Of a stretch of DNA of 64,000 bases, positions 25,404 through 38,350 are shown piece after piece (position 1 is the stretch's first letter; every line of letters begins with the position of its first letter). The stretch comes from Octopus sinensis. Its lineage: Eukaryota. Below the pieces are notes generated by a model. The model had not been told where the DNA came from. It searched no databases and worked only from the letters and a program-made list of their open reading frames with translations. A program made the position numbers and the translations under genes. The DNA lies in the NCBI RefSeq assembly GCF_006345805.1, contig NC_043000.1, positions 126,356,001-126,420,000 on the forward strand. Direction: 5' to 3'.

Positions 25404-25619
25404 TAATAATAATAATAATATAGGCATAGGAGTGCTATGTGGTAAGTAGCTTGTTTACGAACCAAATGGTTCCGGGTTCAGTTCCACTGCGTGGCACCTT
25501 TGGGAAGTGTCTTCTATTATAGCCTCAGGCCAACCAAAGCCTAGTGTGTGGATTTGGTAGACGGAAAGAAGCCCGTCATATATATATTTATATATGTATA
25601 TATATATATATGTATGTAT

Positions 25620-26559
25620 ATATATATAGTACATTTATATATTTGTTGTGCAAGATTTTTTATGTGAAGTCGTGTGTTGAAACAGATATTGTTATATTTC
25701 GGAATGGTCATTTTGCCAGTTTAGCCAATAAAAACACACGCACTATATATTTGGTGTTACTTTGCTTCAGTGTTATTTATTTTTACATTAATCTTAATCT
25801 TATTTCGGCCAGAGTTCTTTCGTCACATGGGGGATCAAGCAACAACATAGAAATTAAAATATTGTCCACACATAGAACAGATACAACAATCAGAAAAATT
25901 ACAGAAGCTACACACATAATAGAAAATAAACCTAGCCTGAATAGAAAACTAGAATGGAACACAAGCACACACCACAACATATGACGGTAGAGGATCCCGA
26001 AAACATAATAAATACACAGATAAATAAACAAATAGAAATAAAAAACTATTTTTTAAAATATTTTATTATTTTTTTAAATATTTTTTTTCCGATTTATTAT
26101 TATTATTACTAGTATTGTTGTTATACATACATACATACAAGCATATGTAATGATAATAATAAGTGGATGTAAAACCATGAACAAAATAAGAATAAACAAA
26201 AACAACAACAACAAAAACAAATTACATGAACGTATATAAACAGAAGATACAAATATTACAGGCATCCCCCTCACACACACACACTAAATAAACATAGACG
26301 CACATAGAGATATAAGCATGCGTAAATGAAGACATACAATAGAAATACAAAATGGCTGCCGGTTAGTAAGGAGAGACACAAATAAGAAAGAAGAAAACAA
26401 AGGACCACTGATGCGGTCACAGGAGTGTGACGAAAGAACTCTGGCCGAAATAAGATTAAGATTAATGTAAAAATAAATAACACTGAAGCAAAGTAACACC
26501 AAATATATAGTGTGTGTGTTTTTATTGGCTAAACTGGCAAAATGACCATTCTGAAATAT

Positions 26560-26560
<1 letters not shown>
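25620..26560 (+). mobile_element. 5'-truncated PLE with an inverted terminal arm (duplicated at about 29830-30765)
   Basis: Near-perfect ~145-bp inverted arms 25680-25828 and 26425-26560 enclose the GIY-YIG C-terminus IKILSTH...RKITEATHIIENKPSLNRKLEW. Hammerhead-like motif at 26402-26446. Confidence 0.75.
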
Positions 26561-26607
<47 letters not shown>

Positions 26608-27198
26608 TCATCATCATCGTTTGATGTCCGCTTTCCATGCTAGCATTGGTTGGACGATTGACTGAGGGCTGGGGAACTAGATGGCTGCACCAGACTCCAA
26701 TCTTGATCTGGTAGAGTTTCTACAGCTGGGTACCCTTCCTAACGCCAACCATGGGGGTCAGTCAGGCGGTACTGGCAACGACCTTGCTCAAATCTTTTTA
26801 CACATGCCATCGGCACAGGTGCCAGTAAGGCAATGCTGGTAACGATCACGCTCGAATGGTGCCTTTTACGTGCCACCAGCACGGAAGCCAGTTAGCCACT
26901 CTGCAAACGATCACGCTCAGATGGTGCTCTTAGCACCCTACTAGCACGGGCACAAGTGCCAGTAAGGTGACGCTGTTGACAATCACACTCGAATGGTGCC
27001 TTTTATGTGCCACTGGCACAGAAGCTGGTTAGCCGTTCTGTCAACGATCACATTCGTATGGTGTTCTTTGTACCCCGCTAGCACGGATGCCAGTCATCGG
27101 ATTTGAGTTTGATTTCACTTGCCTCAACAGGTCTTCGCAAGCAGAGTTTAGTGTCCAAAGAAGGAAAAGGTACACATAGTGAGCTGGTTATACCCCTG

Positions 27199-27238
<40 letters not shown>

Positions 27239-27480
27239 TTATGTTTGTGTGTCTGTGTTTATCCCCCCAACATTGCTTGACAACCGATGCTGGTGTGTTT
27301 ACGTCCCCGTAACTTAGTAGTTCGGCAAAAAAGACCGATAGAATAAGTACTAGGCTTACAGAGAATAAGTCCTGGGGTTGATTTGCACGACTAAAGGCAG
27401 TGCTCCAGCATGACCATAGTCAAATGACTGAAACAAGTAAAAGCGTAAAAGAGTATATGAGTGTGTTTGTACATGTATAT

Positions 27481-27780
27481 GAACGTGTGTGTGCGTGTGT
27501 GCATGCATGCATGTGAATGTACATGTATATGAACGTGTGTGTGTGCGTGTGTGCATGCATGCATGTGAATGTACATGTATATGAACGTGTGTGTGCGTGT
27601 GTGCATGCATGCATGTGAATGTACATGTATATGAACGTGTGTGTGCGTGTGTGCATGCATGCATGTGAATGTACATGTATATGAACGTGTGTGTGCGTGT
27701 GTGCATGCATGCATGTGAATGTACATGTATATGAACGTGTGTGTGCGTGTGTGCATGCATGCATGTGAATGTGCATGCAT
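27481..27780. repeat. 50-bp minisatellite, 6 units (again at 31682-31975)
   Basis: Unit GAACGTGTGTGTGCGTGTGTGCATGCATGCATGTGAATGTACATGTATAT. Confidence 0.95.
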
Positions 27781-28515
27781 ATATGTGCTTCTGTATTTGC
27801 AGTTCACCAAAAATCACTCACATAAGAGTTGACTTGGTTATTGTTTCCTCTGTCAACAAATCCCCATCCGATTTTGTGCATTCAAAGACATGTGAAATAA
27901 GAGATCTGTTACTTGAAAAGCAAGGGTGAGTGATAGAAAGAGCATCTAGCTGCTTAATAATATCTCAGTAATACATTCCTCTAACCCTTGCCAGCATGGA
28001 AAAATGGACGTTACAGGTTCAGAAATGTGGGAGTACCATGATCTCAAGTGCAAGCAAAAGATCTCCAAAATGTCTAATCCCATTCTCTGCATATCTGGTT
28101 TCATATCAGGGTGACCTTTGCCCGAGTCATGTTTTGACAAAAGCTGAGAAGAGTCTCACTCCCAGTGGTCATCCAGCATGCTAGACACTAACCCAGAATT
28201 TCTGAGTAATTGTGCTATTGACAGATAGTCGTTGAGTCTACACTTAGTTCATCTGTCCTTTTGACAAGCCTTGTTTTTAGTCCTGCTGAGTTTCTAGCCT
28301 GTTAGGAGTGCTGGTTTAACCACTGATGAACTGACCATACAACAGGCTGAACTGGACATCATGTTACCAGTAGCACTCATAAGAAACCACACAAGTGACC
28401 AGACATGTATGTATGTATGTATGTATGTATGTATGTTTGCATGTATGTATGTATGTATGTAGATATATATGTATGTATGTAGATATATATGTATGTATGT
28501 ATGTAGATATGTATG

Positions 28516-28549
<34 letters not shown>

Positions 28550-28860
28550 TGTATGTATGTATGTATGTAGGTATGTAATAAAACATAGCTAAGCTAATGG
28601 GATAATCTTTAATAATACTAGTTAAAACTGGAGTGTAACTGTTTCCTATTCACACACACACACACATGCATAGCTTGCATCATATTGAACTAATAAGAGA
28701 GGAGTGCCCACTATATGCTGTAGAAGATATGGTTCTTTTTTTTTGTTTATTATTGAAGCAGGAACATGATTGTTTTGTAACATGAGTTTTAGTGGCGTGA
28801 AACTCAAGCTGTGAGACAAACTCTCGCTATCTTCAACAAAAAGACACGTACATACATACA

Positions 28861-28894
<34 letters not shown>

Positions 28895-29276
28895 CACACA
28901 CATACATACATACACACACACACATACATACATACATACATACATACATACATACATGCATACATACATACATACATACATACATACATACATACACCAC
29001 TAAAACTCATGATGCAAAACAGTCATGTTAGCTTCAGTTTGTGTTTCAATAAAAAAGAAACCCATAAAAAGCTAACACTGGAGCTTAACGCAGCCAATTG
29101 GCTAGCTAGATCCTGTCAAACTGCCCAATCTGAGCCAGCACAGAAGATGGACGCTAGATGGTAATGATGATGACAATGGTGATGAGAGTGGTGGCCGATG
29201 GGCATATGGCGTAGTGGTTAGCAAGGGCTACTAACCCCAAGATCCTGAGTTCGATTCTAGGCAGTGACCTGAATAA

Positions 29277-29310
<34 letters not shown>

Positions 29311-29329
29311 TAAAATAATAATAATAATA

Positions 29330-29570
29330 TAAGTGCATTAGCCATGATAAAAAAATATTCAGACAAATACATAACAAAAACACCAGGACTTACAAACACA
29401 TATAACATACAGAAAATTGCACTACTAGGCACTGCACACATCCTACGCAGAACACTTTCCATACAATAACCATCAGAGCATTACAACAAATCACAGCACA
29501 TACCCAAGGCACACAGAGCTGCGCTCGGTAGTGAAGTGAAAGCACGCTATAAAAATAAAACTACTGAATG
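29330..29570 (+). mobile_element. R4/Dong-like non-LTR element 3' end inside (AAT)n (identical copy at 33563-33802)
   Basis: ALAMIKKYSDKYITKTPG...IQKIALLGTAHILRRTLSIQ* then a short 3' UTR, with (AAT)n on both sides. Confidence 0.75.
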
Positions 29571-29599
29571 ATAATAATAATAATAATAATATAATAATA

Positions 29600-29631
<32 letters not shown>

Positions 29632-31401
29632 TAGGCATAGGAGTGCTATGTGGTAAGTAGCTTTTACGAACCAAATGGTTCCGGGTTCAGTTCCACTGCG
29701 TGGCACCTTTGGGAAGTGTCTTCTATTATAGCCTCAGGCCAACCAAAGCCTAGTGTGTGGATTTGGTAGACGGAAAGAAGCCCGTCATATATATATTTAT
29801 ATATGTATATATATATGTATGTATATATATATAGTACATTTATATATTTGTTGTGCAAGATTTTTTATGTGAAGTCGTGTGTTGAAACAGATATTGTTAT
29901 ATTTCGGAATGGTCATTTTGCCAGTTTAGCCAATAAAAACACACGCACTATATTTTGGTGTTACTTTGCTTCAGTGTTATTTATTTTTACATTAATCTTA
30001 ATCTTATTTCGGCCAGAGTTCTTTCGTCACATGGGGGATCAATCAACAACATAGAAATTAAAATATTGTCCACACATAGAACAGATACAACAATCAGAAA
30101 AATTACAGAAGCTACACACATAATAGAAAATAAACCTAGCCTGAATAGAAAACTAGAATGGAACACAAGCACACACCACAACATATGACGGTAGAGGATC
30201 CCGAAAACATAATAAATACACAGATAAATAAACAAATAGAAATAAAAAACTATTTTTAAAAATATTTTATTATTTTTTTAAATATTTTTTTCCGATTTAT
30301 TATTATTATTACTAGTATTGTTGTTATACATACATACATACAAGCATATGTAATGATAATAATAAGTGGATGTAAAACCATGAACAAAATAAGAATAAAC
30401 AAAAACAACAACAACAAAAACAAATTACATGAACGTATATAAACAGAAGATACAAATATTACAGGCATCCCCCTCACACACACACACTAAATAAACATAG
30501 ACGCACATAGAGATATAAGCATGCGTAAATGAAGACATACAATAGAAATACAAAATGGCTGCCGGTTAGTAAGGAGAGACACAAATAAGAAAGAAGAAAA
30601 CAAAGGACCACTGATGCGGTCACAGGAGTGTGACGAAAGAACTCTGGCCGAAATAAGATTAAGATTAATGTAAAAATAAATAACACTGAAGCAAAGTAAC
30701 ACCAAATATATAGTGTGTGTGTTTTTATTGGCTAAACTGGCAAAATGACCATTCTGAAATATAACAATATATATATATATATATTATATATATATATATA
30801 TATATATCATCATCATCATCGTTTGATGTCCGCTTTCCATGCTAGCATTGGTTGGACGATTTGACTGAGGGCTGGGGAACTAGATGGCTGCACCAGACTC
30901 CAATCTTGATCTGGTAGAGTTTCTACAGCTGGGTACCCTTCCTAACGCCAACCATGGGGGTCAGTCAGGCGGTACTGGCAACGACCTCGCTCAAATCTTT
31001 TTACACATGCCATCGGCACAGGTGCCAGTAAGGCAATGCTGGTAACGATCACGCTCGAATGGTGCCTTTTACGTGCCACCAGCACGGAAGCCAGTTAGCC
31101 ACTCTGCAAACGATCACGCTCAGATGGTGCTCTTAGCACCCTACTAGCACGGGCACAATTGCCAGTAAGGTGACGCTGTTGACAATCACACTCAAATGGT
31201 GCCTTTTATGTGCCACTGGCACAGAAGCTGGTTAGCCGTTCTGTCAACGATCACATTCGTATGGTGTTCTTTGTACCCCGCTAGCACGGATGCCAGTCAT
31301 CGGATTTGAGTTTGATTTCACTTGCCTCAACAGGTCTTCGCAAGCAGAGTTTAGTGTCCAAAGAAGGAAAAGGTACACATAGTGAGCTGGTTATACCCCT
31401 G

Positions 31402-31439
<38 letters not shown>

Positions 31440-32709
31440 TTATGTTTGTGTGTCTGTGTTTATCCCCCCAACATTGCTTGACAACCGATGCTGGTGTGTT
31501 TACGTCCCCGTAACTTAGTAGTTCGGCAAAAAAGACCGATAGAATAAGTACTAGGCTTACAGAGAATAAGTCCTGGGGTTGATTTGCACGACTAAAGGCA
31601 GTGCTCCAGCATGACCATAGTCAAATGACTGAAACAAGTAAAAGCGTAAAAGAGTATATGAGTGTGTTTGTACATGTATATGAACGTGTGTGTGCGTGTG
31701 TGCATGCATGCATGTGAATGTACATGTATATGAACGTGTGTGTGCGTGTGTGCATGCATGCATGTGAATGTACATGTATATGAACGTGTGTGTGCGTGTG
31801 TGCATGCATGCATGTGAATGTACATGTATATGAACGTGTGTGTGCGTGTGTGCATGCATGCATGTGAATGTACATGTATATGAACGTGTGTGTGCGTGTG
31901 CATGCATGCATGTGAATGTACATGTATATGAACGTGTGTGTGCGTGTGTGCATGCATGCATGTGAATGTGCATGCATATATGTGCTTCTGTATTTGCAGT
32001 TCACCAAAAATCACTCACATAAGAGTTGACTTGGTTATTGTTTCCTCTGTCAACAAATCCCCATCCGATTTTGTGCATTCAAAGACATGTGAAATAAGAG
32101 ATCTGTTACTTGAAAAGCAAGGGTGAGTGATAGAAAGAGCATCTAGCTGCTTAATAATATCTCAGTAATACATTCCTCTAACCCTTGCCAGCATGGAAAA
32201 ATGGACGTTACAGGTTCAGAAATGTGGGAGTACCATGATCTCAAGTGCAAGCAAAAGATCTCCAAAATGTCTAATCCCATTCTCTGCATATCTGGTTTCA
32301 TATCAGGGTGACCTTTGCCCGGAGTCATGTTTTGACAAAAGCTGAGAAGAGTCTCACTCCCAGTGGTCATCCAGCATGCTAGACACTAACCCAGAATTTC
32401 TGAGTAATTGTGCTATTGACAGATAGTCGTTGAGTCTACACTTAGTTCATCTGTCCTTTTGACAAGCCTTGTTTTTAGTCCTGCTGAGTTTCTAGCCTGT
32501 TAGGAGTGCTGGTTTAACCACTGATGAACTGACCATACAACAGGCTGAACTGGACATCATGTTACCAGTAGCACTCATAAGAAACCACACAAGTGACCAG
32601 ACATGTATGTATGTATGTATGTATGTATGTTTGCATGTATGTATGTATGTATGTAGATATATATGTATGTATGTAGATATATATGTATGTATGTATGTAG
32701 ATATGTATG

Positions 32710-32743
<34 letters not shown>

Positions 32744-33075
32744 TGTATGTATGTATGTATGTATGTATGTATGTATGTAGGTATGTAATAAAACATAGCT
32801 AAGCTAATGGGATAATCTTTAATAATACTAGTTAAAACTGGAGTGTAACTGTTTCCTATTCACACACACACACACATGCATAGCATTGCATCATATTGAA
32901 CTAATAAGAGAGGAGTGCCCACTATATGCTGTAGAAGATATGGTTCTTTTTTTTTGTTTATTATTGAAGCAGGAACATGATTGTTTTGTAACATGAGTTT
33001 TAGTGGCGTGAAACTCAAGCTGTGAGACAAACTCTCGCTATCTTCAACAAAAAGACACGTACATACATACATACA

Positions 33076-33109
<34 letters not shown>

Positions 33110-33498
33110 CACACACATACATACATACACACACACACATACATACATACATACATACATACATACATACATACATACATGCATACATACATACATACAT
33201 ACATACATACATACATACATACATACACCACTAAAACTCATGATGCAAAACAGTCATGTTAGCTTCAGTTTGTGTTTCAATAAAAAAGAAACCCATAAAA
33301 AGCTAACACTGGAGCTTAACGCAGCCAATTGGCTAGCTAGATCCTGTCAAACTGCCCAATCTGAGCCAGCACAGAAGATGGACGCTAGATGGTAATGATG
33401 ATGACAATGGTGATGAGAGTGGTGGCCGATGGGCATATGGCGTAGTGGTTAGCAAGGGCTACTAACCCCAAGATCCTGAGTTCGATTCTAGGCAGTGA

Positions 33499-33564
<66 letters not shown>

Positions 33565-33997
33565 GTGCATTAGCCATGATAAAAAAATATTCAGACAAAT
33601 ACATAACAAAAACACCAGGACTTACAAACACATATAACATACAGAAAATTGCACTACTAGGCACTGCACACATCCTACGCAGAACACTTTCCATACAATA
33701 ACCATCAGAGCATTACAACAAATCACAGCACATACCCAAGGCACACAGAGCTGCGCTCGGTAGTGAAGTGAAAGCACGCTATAAAAATAAAACTACTGAA
33801 TGATAATAATAATAATAATAATATAGGTGTAGGAGTTGCTATGTGGTAAGTAGCTTGCTCACGAGCCAAATGGTTCCGGGTTCAGTTTCACTGCGTGGCA
33901 CCTTCAGCAAGTGTCTTCTATTATAGCCTCAGGCCAACCAAAGCCTAGTGTATGGATTTGGTAGACGGAAAGAAGCCCATCATATATATGTTTATAT

Positions 33998-34034
<37 letters not shown>

Positions 34035-34285
34035 ATCATCATCATCGTTTAATGTCCGTATGTATGTATGTATGTATGTACGTACATACATACATACATA
34101 CATACATGCATACATACATATATATCTACATACATACATACGGACATTAAACGATGATGATGATGGTATATATATATATATATATATGATGATGATGATG
34201 ATACCATCATCATCATCGTTTAATGTCCGTATGTATGTATGTAGATATATATGTATGTATGTAGATATATATGTATGTATGCATG

Positions 34286-34319
<34 letters not shown>

Positions 34320-34541
34320 TATATATATATATGTATGTATGTATGTATGTATGCATATATGTATGTATGCATATATACATGTACGTATGTGTGTATGTAG
34401 ATATATATATATATATGTATGTATGTATGTAGATATATATGCAAAACAGTCATGTTAGCTTCAGTTTGTGTTTCAATAAAAAAGAAACCCATATCTTCTA
34501 CAGCATATATTGACCATTCCTTTCTTATTAGTTCGACATAA

Positions 34542-34586
<45 letters not shown>

Positions 34587-35139
34587 AGGAAACAGCTACA
34601 CTCCAGTTTTAACTTGTATTAGCGAAGATTTTCCCATTAGCTTATCAGTTTTCTATATTTTATTAGGAACTATACAAATCCTAGATCTGCTAACATTTTA
34701 AGCTCTTTCTAATTCCATCTCCTTTATGAAATGTTATGAGTAAAATGATTGGTGCGACTGAAATAATTATTATGACTAAAATGATTGTTGTGATTGAAAT
34801 GTCAAAAAAAATGGATAAACATAGGAATGTAGTTGTATCTGTTTCTTCCATGTTATATATATAAACACACCTTAAATTTTTATATTGTTCAAATCAGAAT
34901 AGTCTCAATAAACAGGGAGGGCAGTGAACTGGCAGAAATGTTAGCATGCCGGATGAAATGCTTAGCAGTATTTCGTCTGTCTTTACATTCTGAGTTCAAA
35001 TTCTGCCGAAGTTGACTTAGGTTTTCATCCTTTCGGGGTCGATAAATTAAGTACCAGTTGTGTATTGGAATCAATGTAATCGAATGCCCCGCCAAAAAAA
35101 TTTTGGGTTTTGTTCCTAGAGTAGAAAAGAATAAACAGG

Positions 35140-35460
35140 AAGTAACTACAGTTCTATATTGAAGAGATGAGGAATTATGGACATTATGTACATTATTTAC
35201 ATTATTATATGCCCACGGGCATATGGCGTAGTGGTTAACAGTGTGGGCTACTAACCCCCAAATTCTGAGTTCGATTCCAAGCAGTGACCTGAACAACAAC
35301 AATAAGAAGAAGAAGAAGATCGAAAAATACCTTAGGAATGAGAACCCAGGTTCGAAATTTCCCTGAAGAAGGCTGGAGGGTATATCAGCCGAAACGTGTT
35401 AACAACAAACAAAATAAGGACAAATATCCGTCGAATGTAAATTATGTAAATCAGAAAAAT
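35140..35460 (+). mobile_element. Composite small element: inverted tail, tRNA-like head, (AAC/AAG)n, hammerhead-like PLE-type tail
   Basis: Head at 35217-35289. CTGAAGA-A-GGCTG[10 nt]CAGCC-GAAACG at 35363-35396. Tail ATGTAAATTATGTAAAT resembles the reverse complement of 35185-35205. Confidence 0.55.
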
Positions 35461-37063
35461 CAAATTCGATGACTTGTAGAGCACTAAGAGCACCATCTGA
35501 GCGTGATCGTTGCTAGAGCAGCTAAGTGATATTTGTGCTGGTAGCACGTAAAAAGCACCATTCGAGCGTGATCGTTACCAGTACCGCCTGACTGGCCCTC
35601 GTACCGGTGGCACATAAAAGCACCCACTTCACTCTCGGAGTGGTTGGCGTTAGGAAGGGCATACAGCCGTAGAAACCCTGCCAAATCGAGATTGGAGCTT
35701 GGTGCAGCCATCTGGTTCGCCAGCCCTCAGTCAAATCGTCCACCCCATGCTAGCATGGAAAGCAGACGTTAAACGACAATGATGATGATGATGATGAATG
35801 TAAATAACGTAGGCAGTAACTAGTTTTTTAATGGTGTCTGCTATCATTTGTTGTTACAGTTGTTTTTTAACCCCCAAGTCAGCCTTGACCAAGCAAGTAT
35901 ATAATCAAAAGTATTCCAGCGGTGACCAGCCTACCTTTTTGCTGAGTGCAGGAAATGGAAGATTATATTATCCAAAGATATGTTCTAAGATGGTATAGTG
36001 TATTTTAGGGAGATTTAGCTGCTATTTCTAATGTTTGTTTGTTTGTTGTTGAGGTTTGCTATCTATGTGTGAAGTTTTTCTGATATATGTTGACTAATTC
36101 ACTTCCTGTTTTTTTTTTCTGTTGTTTGGTTTTTCTGTGTGGAAAAGTGAGAGAGATATCCTATATAAATAGCAATGTATCCCACAAACGTCTTTTTGTT
36201 TTGTTTTTTCACCATAGCTTTGACATTGTAACAAACCCAAAACCTTTGATATCCTCCAGCTTTATTCAACTCATAGCATAACAGAGTCAACAAACAAATG
36301 ATATATCTGAAACAACAGAAACAAATCTTACAGCGATAAAATAAACTGTTGTACAAAATGATAGCATAAAAACTAGCAATAACTAAGAAACAATATTCTC
36401 CTCTGCTAAAGTAAACTGCGGTTTGTTGTTTTTCCATCATATAGTAAAACATACAATGTCAACTGAAAACTCACGCAAATTATGAATCTCTCTTTTATAA
36501 TACATTAGTGAATCATCAATGTCGTATTGTTCGTGCTTCTGTCACTGATATGTTGTACAATGCAGAGGCAAATAATCTAGTTTAGATTTCTGGAGATATG
36601 CTGACTGTGAAGATCCGACAAATGAAGTGAGTTCATGGTTCGCAGGACGGCCTGCTGTGCTGACCTTGGATCATAGAGTGACCTGCTGTGCTTGAGGAGA
36701 CCTATTGAGTCAAGTACGTCAACAACAACATCAAAATAAAAATCAAATGGAAATTGTAGTTATGATACCCGTGCTGGTGGCACATAAAAAGCACCATCTG
36801 AACATGACTGATGCTGACTGGCGTCCATGTCGGTGACACGTAAAAAGCACAAACCGATCGTGACCGTTTGCCAGCCTCCTCTGGCCCCTGTGCCGGTGGC
36901 ATGTAAAAAGCACCCACTACACTCACGGAGTGGTTGGCGTTAGGAAGGGCATCCAGCTGTAGAAACATTGCCAGATCAGACTGGAGCCTGGCGCAGCCCC
37001 CTGGCTTCCCAGACCCCGGTCGAACCATCCAACCCATGCTAGCATGGAAAACGGATGTTAAAC

Positions 37064-37095
<32 letters not shown>

Positions 37096-38350
37096 CTGTT
37101 GCTGCTAAGTAGAACTGTGAAGGCATGAATTCTTCATAATACCAGTTTCAGATTTTGGTACAAGGCCAGCAATTTTGGGGAGGGGACTAGTCGATTACAA
37201 TAACCCCCAATATGCAACTGGTACTCATTTTATCAAGCTCGAAAGGATGAATGGCAAAGTTGACCTCAGAGGAATTTGGACTCAGAATGTAAAAATGGAT
37301 GAGATGCTACTAAGCATTTTGCCCAGTGTAGTAACCACCTTATGAATTCTTCATAATACCAGTTTCAAATTTTGGCACAAGGCCAGCAAGAGGGTGGGAT
37401 AATCAACTACATTGACATTAGTCATCATTTGGTACTTATTTTATCAACAACCTCATAAAGATGAAAGGCAAAGTCAGCCTCTGTGGGATTTGAACTTAGA
37501 ATGTAAAGAGGTGACAAAATGCCATTAAGCATTTTGTCTGCCATGGTAATGATTCAGCCAGCTTGCCGCCTTATGAATCCCTCATAATATTATCTATCTG
37601 AAGAGGTTTTTCTCAACGAATGTGATGTCTCTTATACTTTGTGAAAGGTATTTCATAGACAAAGTATGCAGAAGCTCATAGAATATCTATTCATACATAT
37701 ACCATCATCATTTATAATCTTCATGCTCAATGCTGGCTCATATTGGCTGGTTCAACAGGACCTGACTAACATTAGGGATATGTTCCCCCACCCCACCCCC
37801 TAGGTATTTCATCTGTCTCTATAACAAGGTGGCGAATTGACAGAAACGTTAGCATGCCGGGTGAAATGCTTAGTGGTATTTTGTCTGCCGCTACATTCTG
37901 AGTTCAAATTCCACCGAGGTCGGCTTTGCCTTTCATCCTTTCGTGGTCGATTAAATAAGTACCGGTTACGCACTGGGGTCGATATAATTGACTTAATCTG
38001 TTTGTCTATCCTTGTTTGTCCCCTCTGTGTTTAGCCCCTTGTGGGTAGTAAAGAAATAGGATATGTTCCTCCCCCCCCCATTGTCTACCTTGGATGAATG
38101 CCCTTCATCATGTCAACCACTTTATGGAATGTACTGGATATTTTTTTCACAGCACCAGCATTAGTGGAGTCACCAAGTAACATGCAAGACAAGACAGCTT
38201 CAAAATATGGTTTGCAGTACCGAGAGAGGTGGCATTATGCTAGATGTAAAGAGGGTAAAGTAGGAAAGATAAACAGGAATAGGTTTCTTGCTGTAGAAGA
38301 GAAATAGAGGTGCTTTAGCATAAAAAAGGAATAAGGATAGTGGAGATGTG

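Larger units (their letters stand above)
25143..34492. repeat. Tandem segmental triplication: two near-identical ~4.2-kb units and a collapsed third copy
   Basis: GCTAACACTGGAGCTTAACGCAGCC recurs at about 25144, 29071 and 33302. 25421-29630 is repeated almost base for base at 29632-33823. Confidence 0.93.

Noticed and set aside
26760-27110. CRISPR-like look of hairpin repeats with variable spacers
   Set aside because: Repeats are degenerate, linkers are homologous to each other, the array is part of an RTE 3' UTR present in many copies, and there are no cas genes in this eukaryotic context.
27356-27817. Long His/Thr/Met-rich ORFs (also 31557-32014, 28646-29164, 33952-34458, 40851-41262)
   Set aside because: These are translations of micro- and minisatellites, open in several frames at once.
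36445-36626. Exon-like segment ending in GTGAGT, where a TAG might be recoded by A-to-I editing
   Set aside because: No WD similarity, not needed for the reading frame, and no evidence of editing.
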